A stretch of 52,565 bases of DNA from an uncultured Clostridium sp. (lineage in GTDB: Bacteria > Bacillota > Clostridia > Christensenellales > CAG-138): NCBI GenBank assembly GCA_964546125.1, contig CAZJIS010000001.1:7571-60135 (forward strand), read 5' to 3'. The notes beneath the pieces were generated by a model, which saw only the letters and a list, made by a program, of their open reading frames with translations, was not told the origin of the DNA and did not search any database. The position numbers and the translations under genes were made by a program. Positions 34,876-43,675 of the stretch are shown here, piece after piece (positions within the stretch are counted from its first letter, which is position 1; every line of letters starts with the position of its first letter).

Positions 34876-36005
34876 GAACGGGGCGTTGCTTTCGCTGCAT
34901 CGCCACACTGACGCTCGCCGTGCTGCTGTTGCTTTTGCCCGCGCCCGCGCGCGGCGAGGAGGACGAGCCGCAGACCGGGGCCGCTGGTGCGGTTTTGATG
35001 GAAGCCGGCACGCGCATGGTGCTCATGGCAAAGGAGGCGCACAAGAAGCTGCCGATGGCGAGCACGACGAAGGTAATGACGGCTCTCATCGCCATTGAGC
35101 ACTGCTCGCTCGAGGAGATGGTAGAAGTCCCGGCGGAGGCCTATGGCGTGGAGGGTTCGAGCATGTACCTGCAAAAGGGCGAGAAGCTGAGCATGCGTGA
35201 CCTCCTCTACGGCCTCATGCTCGTTTCGGGTAACGACGCGGCGATCGCCATCGCCGTGCACGTCGGCGGCAGCCTTGAGGGGTTTACCGCGCTCATGAAC
35301 CAAAAGGCATATGTTCTCGGCGCGCTCAACACGCATTTTGTCACGCCCAACGGCCTGCCGGGGGACGATCATTATACGACCGCTTACGACCTCGCGCTCA
35401 TCTGCGCGGCGGCGATGGAGCAGGATACGTTCCGTGAGATCGTGTCTTCAACATATTTCAGGACGACGACCGGGGCAGTCCTTCGCACGCTTAAAAACAA
35501 AAATAAGATTCTTTGGGAGTATGAGGGCGGCAGCGGCGTTAAAACGGGTTTTACGAAAGCGGCGGGCAAATGCCTTGTGTTCAGCGCCGAGCGCGGGGGC
35601 ATGACGCTTATCGGCGTGGTGCTCAACTGCCCCGATATGTTCGGCGACGCCAAGGCCATGCTCGATTACGGCTTTGATAACTATGAGCTTGCGACCATTC
35701 TCCCAAAGGGCGCGGCGGCGGCGCGCATCGCCGTTGACAACGGCATGAAAAATGCCTTGGCACTGGTTGCCAAAGAGGATATAATCATACCGATTAAAAA
35801 AGGCGAAAGCCTCGCGCTCGAAACGCGGGTCGAATGCCCCGCCGTGATCGCCGCTCCCGTTGCGCAGGGCGATGTGATCGGCATGGCGCATGTGCTCTTT
35901 GGCGAGAGGACGATCGCGTCCTGCGAGCTGACGGCCGCCGAGAGCGTCGATTCGCGCAGCTATTTCGAATGGCTCAAAAAGCTTGCGCGCAGGTGGAGCG
36001 CCTGA
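34872..36005 (+). CDS. dacB: D-alanyl-D-alanine carboxypeptidase (S11, DacB/DacF type)
   Basis: Signal peptide. Intact SxxK (MASTTKVM), SxN (VSGNDAA) and KTG (VKTGFT). PBP5_C-like tail. ATGA overlap with ytfJ. Confidence 0.92.
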   Translation: MRTGRCFRCIATLTLAVLLLLLPAPARGEEDEPQTGAAGAVLMEAGTRMVLMAKEAHKKLPMASTTKVMTALIAIEHCSLEEMVEVPAEAYGVEGSSMYLQKGEKLSMRDLLYGLMLVSGNDAAIAIAVHVGGSLEGFTALMNQKAYVLGALNTHFVTPNGLPGDDHYTTAYDLALICAAAMEQDTFREIVSSTYFRTTTGAVLRTLKNKNKILWEYEGGSGVKTGFTKAAGKCLVFSAERGGMTLIGVVLNCPDMFGDAKAMLDYGFDNYELATILPKGAAAARIAVDNGMKNALALVAKEDIIIPIKKGESLALETRVECPAVIAAPVAQGDVIGMAHVLFGERTIASCELTAAESVDSRSYFEWLKKLARRWSA

Positions 36006-36019
36006 CGGGAGGCTATCCT

Positions 36020-36739
36020 TTGCGGCTGCAAAAATATCTCGCGGATGCGGGCGTCGCTTCGCGCAGAAAATGCGAGGAGCTTATTTCTTTGGGCCGGATC
36101 ACGGTCAACGGACAACCGGCTTCGCTCGGGCAGAGCGTTGCGCCGGGCGATGAAATTGCGCTCGACGGCGTGCGCGTAGAGCCCGCGGGCGAGCGCATGG
36201 TCTATGTGTTCTATAAGCCCCAGGGCGTCGTGTGCACGGCCTCCGACCCCGAAGGGCGCGAGACGGTGCTCGATTATTTTGCCGACGTGCCCGCGCGGCT
36301 CTATCATGTGGGGCGGCTTGATTACGATTCCGAGGGACTCTTGCTGATGACCAACGACGGCGCGCTCGCAAACGCTTTGACGCACCCGCGCCACGAGGTT
36401 GAAAAAACATATTACGTGATCTGTGACGGCAAGCTTTACGACGACCAAAAGTGCGCGCTCGAACAGGGCGTTGCGCTTGAAGATGGCGTCACCGCCCCCG
36501 CGCGCATTGCCGATAGCTATAAGACCGCCAACGGCAACACCTCTTTTTACATCACCATCCGCGAGGGGCGCAACCGGCAGGTGCGCAGGATGCTTAAGGT
36601 CGTGGGGCACGAAACGCTGCTGCTGCGAAGGGTGGGCGAAGGGCCGGTGAAGCTTGGCGCGCTACGCCCGGGCGAAAAGAGAAAGATGAGCGAGCAGGAA
36701 CTCGACGCGCTTCGCAAAAGCTGCGGCATCGAAATATAA
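36020..36739 (+). CDS. rluB: 23S rRNA pseudouridine synthase RluB (RsuA family)
   Basis: TTG at 36020, 7 nt after GGGAGG, gives (M)RLQKYLADAGVASRRK (S4 domain). Catalytic HVGRLDYDSEGLLL. The track ORF start at 35834 overlaps dacB. Confidence 0.9.
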   Translation: MRLQKYLADAGVASRRKCEELISLGRITVNGQPASLGQSVAPGDEIALDGVRVEPAGERMVYVFYKPQGVVCTASDPEGRETVLDYFADVPARLYHVGRLDYDSEGLLLMTNDGALANALTHPRHEVEKTYYVICDGKLYDDQKCALEQGVALEDGVTAPARIADSYKTANGNTSFYITIREGRNRQVRRMLKVVGHETLLLRRVGEGPVKLGALRPGEKRKMSEQELDALRKSCGIEI

Positions 36740-36743
36740 TTTT

Positions 36744-36772
36744 TTGCAGGAAAAAAGCATTTGGTGTAGAAT
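36744..36772 (+). promoter_or_regulatory. Sigma-A type promoter of the OadG-like/BCCP/carboxyltransferase operon
   Basis: TTGCAG-17 nt-TAGAAT, about 110 nt before the ATG at 36883. Confidence 0.55.
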
Positions 36773-36882
36773 AGAAGAAATTGGCAGGGTTTGATGGATG
36801 TTCATCCATCCGCTGCTTTTGTGCTTCGGTTTGGGCGCATCCCAAGGGTGCCAAACCGGGGGGGGAAGGGGGCAATGGCACC

Positions 36883-37431
36883 ATGGGGTCTCATCATGCT
36901 TTAGCGTTGGTTGCGGGCGCGGGCGCGCTTCCGATCGGCCTTATCGTTCTTGCCGCGCTCATCATACTGATCGTTTTTCTTTTCAATCGCAAAAAAAAGC
37001 GGGATGCGGAAGCTCAAACTCAGCATCTTTCATCTGAGCAGGCTGCGACATCGCCCGTTGAGCAAACGGCGTCCGCCGCGCAAGCCATGCAAGCGCCCGA
37101 GGGCGGCGCGTTCACAGCGGTTGTTTCGGCGGCGCTTGCCCAATACATGGGGCCGGAGGTTGAGGGGCTTCGCATCCGCTCGATCCGGAAACTCGAAGAG
37201 CGCGCGCAAGCGCCCGAGTGCGGCGCGTTCACGGCGGCTGTTTCGGCGGCGCTTGCCCAATACATGGGACCGGATATCGAAGGGCTTCGCATTCGCTCGA
37301 TCCGGAAGCTCGAAGAGCGCGCGCAAGCGCCCGAGCGCAGTGCGTTCACCGCGGCCCTCTCCGCGGCCATCGCCACGGCCATGGGTGAAAACGTCGCGGG
37401 AATCAGGATTTTAAGCATTCGCAAAGTATAA
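36883..37431 (+). CDS. OadG/MmdD/GcdD-like decarboxylase membrane-anchor subunit with triplicated C-terminal module
   Basis: ATG at 36883 after a G-rich RBS. One TM (LPIGLIVLAALIILIVFLF), a linker, then three copies of ..AFTA.VSAALAQYMGP...GLRIRSIRK... First gene of an operon with BCCP and the alpha subunit. Confidence 0.65.
   Translation: MGSHHALALVAGAGALPIGLIVLAALIILIVFLFNRKKKRDAEAQTQHLSSEQAATSPVEQTASAAQAMQAPEGGAFTAVVSAALAQYMGPEVEGLRIRSIRKLEERAQAPECGAFTAAVSAALAQYMGPDIEGLRIRSIRKLEERAQAPERSAFTAALSAAIATAMGENVAGIRILSIRKV
37090..37431 (+). repeat. 117-bp in-frame tandem repeat, about 2.9 copies
   Basis: Units start at 37090, 37207 and 37324 (CAAGCGCCCGAG...). By eye, units 1 and 2 are about 90% identical. 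Unit 3 is diverged and carries the stop codon. Confidence 0.9.
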
Positions 37432-37457
37432 AACACCACCAACAACAGGAGGAAGCT

Positions 37458-37832
37458 ATGCGTAAATTTATCGTTAACGTCAATGGGACGTCTTATGAGG
37501 TCGAAGTCGAGGAGATAAGCGGCGCGCAAGCCGCGGCACCCGCCGCGCAGCCCGTTCCTGCTGAAAAAGCGGAGCCCGCGCCGGTATCTGCACCCGCGTC
37601 CGCCGCCGATCCGGGGATGGGCGAGAGCGTCACCGCGCCCATGCCCGGCAATATTCTCGAGGTCAAGGTGCAGGCCGGAAGCGCCGTGCGCAACGGCGAC
37701 GTGCTGCTCATCCTCGAAGCTATGAAAATGGAAAATGAGATCCTTGCGCCCCGGGATGGCAAGGTCCTTTCCGTCGGCGTTACAAAGGGCGCGACGGTCA
37801 ACGCCGGCGATCTGCTTTGCGTAATCGGCTGA
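37458..37832 (+). CDS. Biotin carboxyl carrier (biotinyl/lipoyl domain) protein
   Basis: 124 aa. Ala/Pro linker then ...GDVLLILEAMKMENEILAPRDGKV..., with the biotinyl-Lys motif EAMKM. Confidence 0.9.
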   Translation: MRKFIVNVNGTSYEVEVEEISGAQAAAPAAQPVPAEKAEPAPVSAPASAADPGMGESVTAPMPGNILEVKVQAGSAVRNGDVLLILEAMKMENEILAPRDGKVLSVGVTKGATVNAGDLLCVIG

Positions 37833-37871
37833 TGCGGCGCTGTTGCCGCTATTTCGCGAAAGGAGAGAACC

Positions 37872-39344
37872 ATGTCGCATAAACTGCTCATCACCGACAC
37901 CATTTTGCGCGACGCGCATCAATCCCAGGCCGCGACGCGCATGCGCACGGAGGATATGCTGCCCGCCTGCGAGATCCTCGACAGCATCGGTTATTGGTCG
38001 CTGGAATGCTGGGGCGGCGCAACGTTCGATTCCTGCCTGCGCTTCCTCAATGAGGACCCTTGGGACAGGCTCAGGAAGCTGCGTGCGGCCATCAGGCACA
38101 CGAAGCTCCAAATGCTCTTTCGCGGGCAGAACATTTTAGGCTACAAGCATTATGCGGACGATGTGGTCGAGCAGTTCTGCCGCAAGGCCATCGAGAACGG
38201 CATCGATATTATCCGCATTTTCGACGCGCTCAACGACGTGCGCAACCTCGAATCCGCCATTAAATATACGAAAAAATACGGCGGCATCTGCGAGGCGGCC
38301 ATCAGCTACACGATGAGCCCCGTGCACAATGAAGATTATTTTGTGAAGATCGCCAAGGAACTCGTGCAGTTGGGGGCGGATACGATCTGCATCAAGGATA
38401 TGGCAAACCTGCTCTTGCCCTATGATGCTTATTCGCTCGTCAAGCGCCTCAAGGCCGAGATCGACGTGCCGATCCACCTGCACACGCACAATACCACCGG
38501 CACGGGCGACATGACCTACCTCATGGGCGTGCAGGCGGGCGCCGATATCGTCGACTGCGCGCTCTCGCCGCTTGCAAACGGCACATCGCAGCCCGCGACC
38601 GAATCGCTCGTGGCCACCCTTAAGGGAACACAGTACGATACGGGCCTCGATCTCACAAAGCTCGCAGAGGTCGCCAAGCACTTCCGCGGCGTGGCCGCGA
38701 AGCTGCAAAAGGAAGGCTTCCTCGACCCCAAGGTGCTCAGCGTCGACACGAATACGCTCGTGTATCAGGTGCCGGGCGGCATGCTCTCCAACCTCATTTC
38801 GCAGTTGAAGCAGGCCAACGCCGAGGATAAATATTACGATGTGCTCGCGGAGATCCCGCGCGTGCGCGAGGACTTCGGCTACCCGCCGCTTGTGACGCCT
38901 ACAAGCCAGATTGTGGGCACGCAGGCGGTGTTCAATATCGTGTCCGGCGGGCGCTACAAAATGTTTCCGAAGGAATCCAAAGCGCTGCTGCGCGGCGAAT
39001 ATGGCGCGCTGCCTGGCAAGGTGAACGAAGAGGTGCGAAAACTCGCCATCGGCGACGAGGAAGTCATCACCTGCCGCCCCGCGGACCTTCTTAAGCCGGA
39101 GCTCGGGAAATACCGCGAGGAAATTAAAGATGTTATGCGCCAGGAGGAAGACGTGCTCAGCTATGCGCTCTTCCCGCAGGTGGCGCTTAAGTTCTTTGAA
39201 GCGCGCAATAACCCTGCGCCCAGGCAAGAGGAAGCGCCGGCTCCCACAGCCGCGCCCATCGAGGCGAAAAAAGCTCCCGCTCCCGCTGCCGTGCAGGAGA
39301 ACACAGGCGTGCGCATGCTCTATGTGGAGGATGTTTCGCGCTGA
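37872..39344 (+). CDS. oadA: Oxaloacetate decarboxylase alpha / pyruvate carboxylase subunit B type carboxyltransferase (5S, no biotin domain)
   Basis: ITDTILRDAHQS, HLHTHNTTG, and a conserved PYC_OADA region (VYQVPGGMLSNL). The Ala/Pro-rich C-terminus lacks a biotinyl domain. Confidence 0.88.
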   Translation: MSHKLLITDTILRDAHQSQAATRMRTEDMLPACEILDSIGYWSLECWGGATFDSCLRFLNEDPWDRLRKLRAAIRHTKLQMLFRGQNILGYKHYADDVVEQFCRKAIENGIDIIRIFDALNDVRNLESAIKYTKKYGGICEAAISYTMSPVHNEDYFVKIAKELVQLGADTICIKDMANLLLPYDAYSLVKRLKAEIDVPIHLHTHNTTGTGDMTYLMGVQAGADIVDCALSPLANGTSQPATESLVATLKGTQYDTGLDLTKLAEVAKHFRGVAAKLQKEGFLDPKVLSVDTNTLVYQVPGGMLSNLISQLKQANAEDKYYDVLAEIPRVREDFGYPPLVTPTSQIVGTQAVFNIVSGGRYKMFPKESKALLRGEYGALPGKVNEEVRKLAIGDEEVITCRPADLLKPELGKYREEIKDVMRQEEDVLSYALFPQVALKFFEARNNPAPRQEEAPAPTAAPIEAKKAPAPAAVQENTGVRMLYVEDVSR

Positions 39345-39367
39345 ACGCATGATCCGATAGATTTTAG

Positions 39368-39400
39368 GGCCGCTCCGGCGATGACTGGGGCGGCCTTTTT
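39368..39400 (+). terminator. Rho-independent terminator of the carboxyltransferase operon
   Basis: GGCCGCTCC...GGGGCGGCC stem (one G-U pair) followed by T5. A second small hairpin (ATGCAG-CTC-CTGCAT plus T5) lies at 39419-39440. Confidence 0.75.
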
Positions 39401-39510
39401 GCAGGATGAAAGGAAAAAATGCAGCTCCTGCATCATTTTTACGCTCGGGTTGCTATTCGAGGTTGAATCTGCTAATATTGACAAACAGATGAAATATGGA
39501 GAAACCAAAC

Positions 39511-40287
39511 ATGCGCATTCTTTTGACCAATGACGACGGCCTGTATTCCCCGGGGCTGCGCATACTCGCGCAGACGCTTGGGAGCGAACACGAAGTGTAT
39601 ATCAGCGCGCCCGATGCCGAGCGCAGCGGCGCGGCGCATTCTTTCACGTTTTTAACGGCCCTGCGCGCGTTTGAAACGCGGCTTGAGGGCTTTCCTGATA
39701 TTCCTGCTTTCGCTGTGAGCGGCACGCCGGCGGATTGTGTGAAGCTCGCCATAGGCAACCTCGTGCCGCGGCCGGACCTCGTCGTTTCCGGCATCAACCT
39801 CGGCGCGAACCGGGGCATGGACGTGTTTTACTCAGGCACCGTGGCGGCCGCGATGGAAGCGGCGCTCAACGGCATCCGCGCGATTGCGATCTCGAACATC
39901 GCGTTTCCGCCTAAGGACTTTGGCGCGTGCATCCCGGCGCTGCGTTACGGCATGAAACTAATGGGGCTCGATCCCTGCCTGACTCTTCTCAACATCAACG
40001 TTCCCGATGGGAGCGCGGAGGAGCTCAAGGGCTGCGTGATCACGGAGCCGGGCCGGCATAGCTATAACCCGACTTATGAAAAGAGGCTCGATCCCTATGG
40101 AAGGCCCTATTACTGGGTTTCGCCCGAGCGCATCACAAACAGCACCGCCGAGTCGGATGACGACGAGCGCTGGACGCGCGACGGCTACGCCGCACTCACC
40201 CCACTGCTTACCTGCCTTTGCGACCATGAGGGGCTGCAAAGGCTCAAACGATGCGCCGAGGAGCTCAGCAATGAAAAAGCCGATTGA
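39511..40287 (+). CDS. surE: 5'/3'-nucleotidase SurE
   Basis: ATG at 39511, 9 nt after GGAG, gives MRILLTNDDGLYSPG. The track start at 39496 lacks an RBS. Confidence 0.92.
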   Translation: MRILLTNDDGLYSPGLRILAQTLGSEHEVYISAPDAERSGAAHSFTFLTALRAFETRLEGFPDIPAFAVSGTPADCVKLAIGNLVPRPDLVVSGINLGANRGMDVFYSGTVAAAMEAALNGIRAIAISNIAFPPKDFGACIPALRYGMKLMGLDPCLTLLNINVPDGSAEELKGCVITEPGRHSYNPTYEKRLDPYGRPYYWVSPERITNSTAESDDDERWTRDGYAALTPLLTCLCDHEGLQRLKRCAEELSNEKAD

Positions 40288-41161
40288 CAGCATGGAGGAG
40301 AACGACCTGCTCGCCCGGCTCAACCACTCCTTCAAGAGCCTGAGCAAGGGACAAAAACAGATCGCTTCCTTTATCATGGAGCATTACGACAAGGCGGCGT
40401 TCATTACCGCCTCGAAGATGGGGCGCATCGTGGGGGTGAGCGAGTCGACAGTCGTGCGCTTTGCTTATGCGCTCGGCTACGAAGGTTACCCTGAATTGCA
40501 AAAATCGCTGCAGGAATTGATCCGCAATAAGCTCACCAGCGTGCAGCGCATCAAATTAAGTTCGGATATGAACCGCAACGACGTACTTAAATCCGTGCTC
40601 AGGGCGGATATGGCCAACATCCGCACCACTATCGATTCCATCGACACAGCGGCGTTCAACAAGGTAGTGGACGAGCTTTTTTTAGCAAAAAAGATCTATA
40701 TCATCGGCATTCGAAGCTCCTCGCCGCTCGCGCAGCTTTTGGCGCATTATCTTGGCATGATGCTCGATGATGTGATGCTTGTGGGCAGTTCCATCGGCGA
40801 TGTTTACGAAAGCCTTATCCGCATCACTGCCGAGGACCTTTGCATCGGCATCAGCTTCCCGCGCTACTCGACGCGCACCATCGACGCGCTGCGTTTTGCA
40901 AAAAGCAAGGGCGCGCGCCTTGTGGCGGTGACCGACAGCACGTTTTCCCCGATCGCGGAAATCGCCGACCATGCGCTCATCGCCAAGAGCGACATGGCCT
41001 CGTTCGCCGATTCGCTCGTTGCGCCGCTCAGCCTCATCAACGCGTTGATCGTCGCCTGCAGCCTCCGCCGAAAGGACGATGTTTACGCGCGCTTTAGCCA
41101 GCTCGAATCGATTTGGGGAAGCCAGAAAATTTATGTAACGGGGGAGAACAACAAGCGCTGA
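40271..41161 (+). CDS. MurR/RpiR-family transcriptional regulator (HTH + SIS domain)
   Basis: The ATG at 40271 overlaps the surE end by 17 nt. ...LSKGQKQIASFIMEHYDKAAFITASKMGRIVGVSESTVVRFA... (HTH_6), then a SIS domain (IYIIGIRSS...). Confidence 0.85.
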   Translation: MKKPIDSMEENDLLARLNHSFKSLSKGQKQIASFIMEHYDKAAFITASKMGRIVGVSESTVVRFAYALGYEGYPELQKSLQELIRNKLTSVQRIKLSSDMNRNDVLKSVLRADMANIRTTIDSIDTAAFNKVVDELFLAKKIYIIGIRSSSPLAQLLAHYLGMMLDDVMLVGSSIGDVYESLIRITAEDLCIGISFPRYSTRTIDALRFAKSKGARLVAVTDSTFSPIAEIADHALIAKSDMASFADSLVAPLSLINALIVACSLRRKDDVYARFSQLESIWGSQKIYVTGENNKR

Positions 41162-41787
41162 TGAAGCTAGTTATGATCCGGCACGGCCAAACGGAATGGA
41201 ACACAATGCGCAGGGTGCAGGGAAGAACGGACACCGAGCTCAATGAGTGCGGCGTTTTGCAGGCAAAGGCTGCGGCGCGGGCGCTCGCGGACGAAACCAT
41301 CGCGGCCGTTTACTCGAGCCATCTTAAACGGGCGCTCTCCACGGCACAGCACATTGCCAAAGCCGCGGGCATCGACGACGTCGTTTTAATGGAGGGGCTT
41401 TGCGAGATCGACTTTGGCGCGTGGGAGGGCAAAACCAACGCCGAACTCGAGCGGGATTTTCCCGTGCATTGGGGCAATTGGAACTGGGTGCTCGATGAGG
41501 CGCTCTGCCGTGAGATCGGCGCGGAGAGCGCGCAGGCAATCCTTTCGCGCTCGCTCGATTGCATCGATAAAATTCAGCGCGACAATCCTGAAAATGCGAC
41601 GGTTGTCCTCGTGAGCCATTCGATGCCCATCAAGCTTCTCACCGCCCATTTCATCGGCCTGCCGCTTGCGCGCATCCCCGATATCCGTGTCGATAATTGC
41701 GCGTCGAGCGTGTTGCAACTTCGAAAGGATGGAGGTGCGACCCTCATGAAATGGAATGACACCTCCTACCTTGGAGGTTTGCTGTGA
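41161..41787 (+). CDS. Histidine phosphatase (phosphoglycerate mutase superfamily) protein
   Basis: TGATG junction with the regulator. Catalytic RHGQTEWN, second His in LVSHSMPI. Confidence 0.88.
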   Translation: MKLVMIRHGQTEWNTMRRVQGRTDTELNECGVLQAKAAARALADETIAAVYSSHLKRALSTAQHIAKAAGIDDVVLMEGLCEIDFGAWEGKTNAELERDFPVHWGNWNWVLDEALCREIGAESAQAILSRSLDCIDKIQRDNPENATVVLVSHSMPIKLLTAHFIGLPLARIPDIRVDNCASSVLQLRKDGGATLMKWNDTSYLGGLL

Positions 41788-43001
41788 GCCGCGTCGCCGT
41801 GATCGGCGCGGGGCCGGCGGGAATGACGGCGGCTTATGAGGCGGCCGCGCGCGGCCATGCGGTCACGCTGTTTGAGCGTAACGAAAAAACGGGCAAAAAG
41901 CTGTTCATCACCGGCAAAGGGAGATGCAATTTCACCAACGCCGCCGCAATTGAGGACTTTTTCCAGAATATACCGCGCAACCCGCGCTTCCTTTTTAGCG
42001 CACTCTACGGCTACACAAACGCGGATACCGTCGCTTTTTTAGAAAATGCGGGCGTTGCCACAAAGGTCGAGCGGGGCGGGCGCGTGTTCCCCGCATCCGA
42101 TAAATCGAGCGATGTGTTGCGCGCTTTTTCTCAAAACCTCGCGCGCGCGGGCGTCGAACTTGCACTCAATGCCCGTGTGGAGGGTGTGCGGCGCGAAGAG
42201 GGGGGCTTTTTCCTCTCTATCAATAAGCGCGAAACGCGCTTTGATAAAATCATCCTCGCGACCGGCGCGCTGAGCTACCCCGCAACCGGATCGACCGGCG
42301 ATGGCTACGCGTTTGCGCGCGCGCTCGGGCACACGATCACGCCGCTCAAGCCTTCGCTCGTGTCGCTGGAGACCGTCGAAGCCTGGCCCGCACAGCTTAT
42401 GGGCCTTTCTCTCAAAAATGCGGTGCTTTGCGCATACGATGCGCGCGGGCGCAAGCGCTATGAGGAGCTTGGCGAAATGCTCTTCACCCATTACGGCGTA
42501 TCCGGCCCGCTGGTGCTCAGCGCGAGCAGCGTGCTTGCCGATGAGCCGGAGGGCGCGCGCCTTACCGTCGACCTTAAGCCTGGGCTAACGGAAGAGGAGC
42601 TTGACCGGCGCGTTTTGCGTGATTTTGAAGCGAATATCAACCGACGTTTCCTCAACGCGCTCGACGCGTTGCTCCCCCAAAAGCTCATCCCCGTTGCGGT
42701 GGAGCTTTCGGGGATACCGGGCACGCTCGAAGTGAACGCCATCACACGCGAGATGCGAAAGAACTTTTGCAGGCTTCTTAAAAATCTCGAGATGACCGTC
42801 AAGCGCGCCCGCCCCATCGAAGAGGCGGTCATCACACGCGGCGGCGTGAGCGTGCGGGAGATCGACCCTTCGACAATGGAATCAAAGCTTGTGCCGGGCT
42901 TGTATTTTGCGGGTGAGCTCATCGACGTGGACGGCTTTACCGGCGGCTTCAACATACAGATCGCCTGCTCTACCGGGGCTTTGGCGGGAAGGAGCGTTTG
43001 A
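41784..43001 (+). CDS. HI0933/YtfP/BaiN-family FAD-dependent oxidoreductase
   Basis: GTGA overlap. Dinucleotide motif VIGAGPAGM and family-typical GKGRCNFTN. 405 aa. Confidence 0.85.
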   Translation: MSRVAVIGAGPAGMTAAYEAAARGHAVTLFERNEKTGKKLFITGKGRCNFTNAAAIEDFFQNIPRNPRFLFSALYGYTNADTVAFLENAGVATKVERGGRVFPASDKSSDVLRAFSQNLARAGVELALNARVEGVRREEGGFFLSINKRETRFDKIILATGALSYPATGSTGDGYAFARALGHTITPLKPSLVSLETVEAWPAQLMGLSLKNAVLCAYDARGRKRYEELGEMLFTHYGVSGPLVLSASSVLADEPEGARLTVDLKPGLTEEELDRRVLRDFEANINRRFLNALDALLPQKLIPVAVELSGIPGTLEVNAITREMRKNFCRLLKNLEMTVKRARPIEEAVITRGGVSVREIDPSTMESKLVPGLYFAGELIDVDGFTGGFNIQIACSTGALAGRSV

Positions 43002-43003
43002 AT

Positions 43004-43675
43004 ATGGAAAGGCTCAACATCGCGATCGACGGCCCCGCGGGGGCGGGCAAGAGTACCATCGCAAAGGCCGTCGCCAAAGAACTCAACATCCTCTGCCTCG
43101 ACACGGGCGCGATGTACCGGGCGCTGGCGCTCAAGGCGCTGCGCCTCAATATCGACCCGAACGACGCTTCGCGCATTGTGCCCCTGCTGCCGCAGACGGA
43201 AATCGGCGTGACGAGTGCCGGCGGCATTCAGCATACGCTGCTCGATGGGGAAGATGTTTCCGCCCTCATCCGCACGCAGGAGGCCGCCAAGGGCGCCTCC
43301 GACATCGGCGTCATCCCCGAAGTGCGCGTGAAGCTCGCGCAATGCCAGAGGGAGATTGCCCGCGCAAACGACGTTGTGATGGAGGGGCGCGACATGGGTT
43401 CGTATGTGATCCCCGAAACGCCGCATAAGTTTTACATCACTGCTTCGAGCGACGAACGCGCGCGCCGCCGTCTGCGCGAGATGCAGGAAAAGGGCCTTGA
43501 GCAGAATAAGACCCTTGAGGAAATGAAGCGCGAAATCGAAGCGCGGGACTATACCGACAGCCACCGCGCGTTTGCCCCGCTCACCCGCATGCCGGATGCG
43601 GTTTACCTCGACACCACCGGCATGAGCATCAAGGAGACGGTCGCCGCCGTGCTCGCACATATCGGGAGGGATTGA
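43004..43675 (+). CDS. cmk: Cytidylate kinase
   Basis: ATG at 43004, 9 nt after GGAG. P-loop IAIDGPAGAGKST, DTGAMYRA. Confidence 0.95.
   Translation: MERLNIAIDGPAGAGKSTIAKAVAKELNILCLDTGAMYRALALKALRLNIDPNDASRIVPLLPQTEIGVTSAGGIQHTLLDGEDVSALIRTQEAAKGASDIGVIPEVRVKLAQCQREIARANDVVMEGRDMGSYVIPETPHKFYITASSDERARRRLREMQEKGLEQNKTLEEMKREIEARDYTDSHRAFAPLTRMPDAVYLDTTGMSIKETVAAVLAHIGRD

Noticed and set aside
36781-36882. Upstream 34-codon extension of the OadG-like ORF (track start 36781)
   Set aside because: It has a non-ATG start with no RBS, reads through two strong leader hairpins and encodes a Cys/Gly-rich non-hydrophobic peptide. The ATG at 36883 follows a G-rich RBS and starts directly with the TM helix.
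39406-39465. Roughly 19-codon ORF (MKGKNAAPASFLRSGCYSRL) and a second hairpin (ATGCAG-CTC-CTGCAT plus T5) after the carboxyltransferase terminator
   Set aside because: The ORF has only a weak purine stretch upstream and no known family. The hairpin is most simply a back-up or tandem terminator. Neither is called separately.
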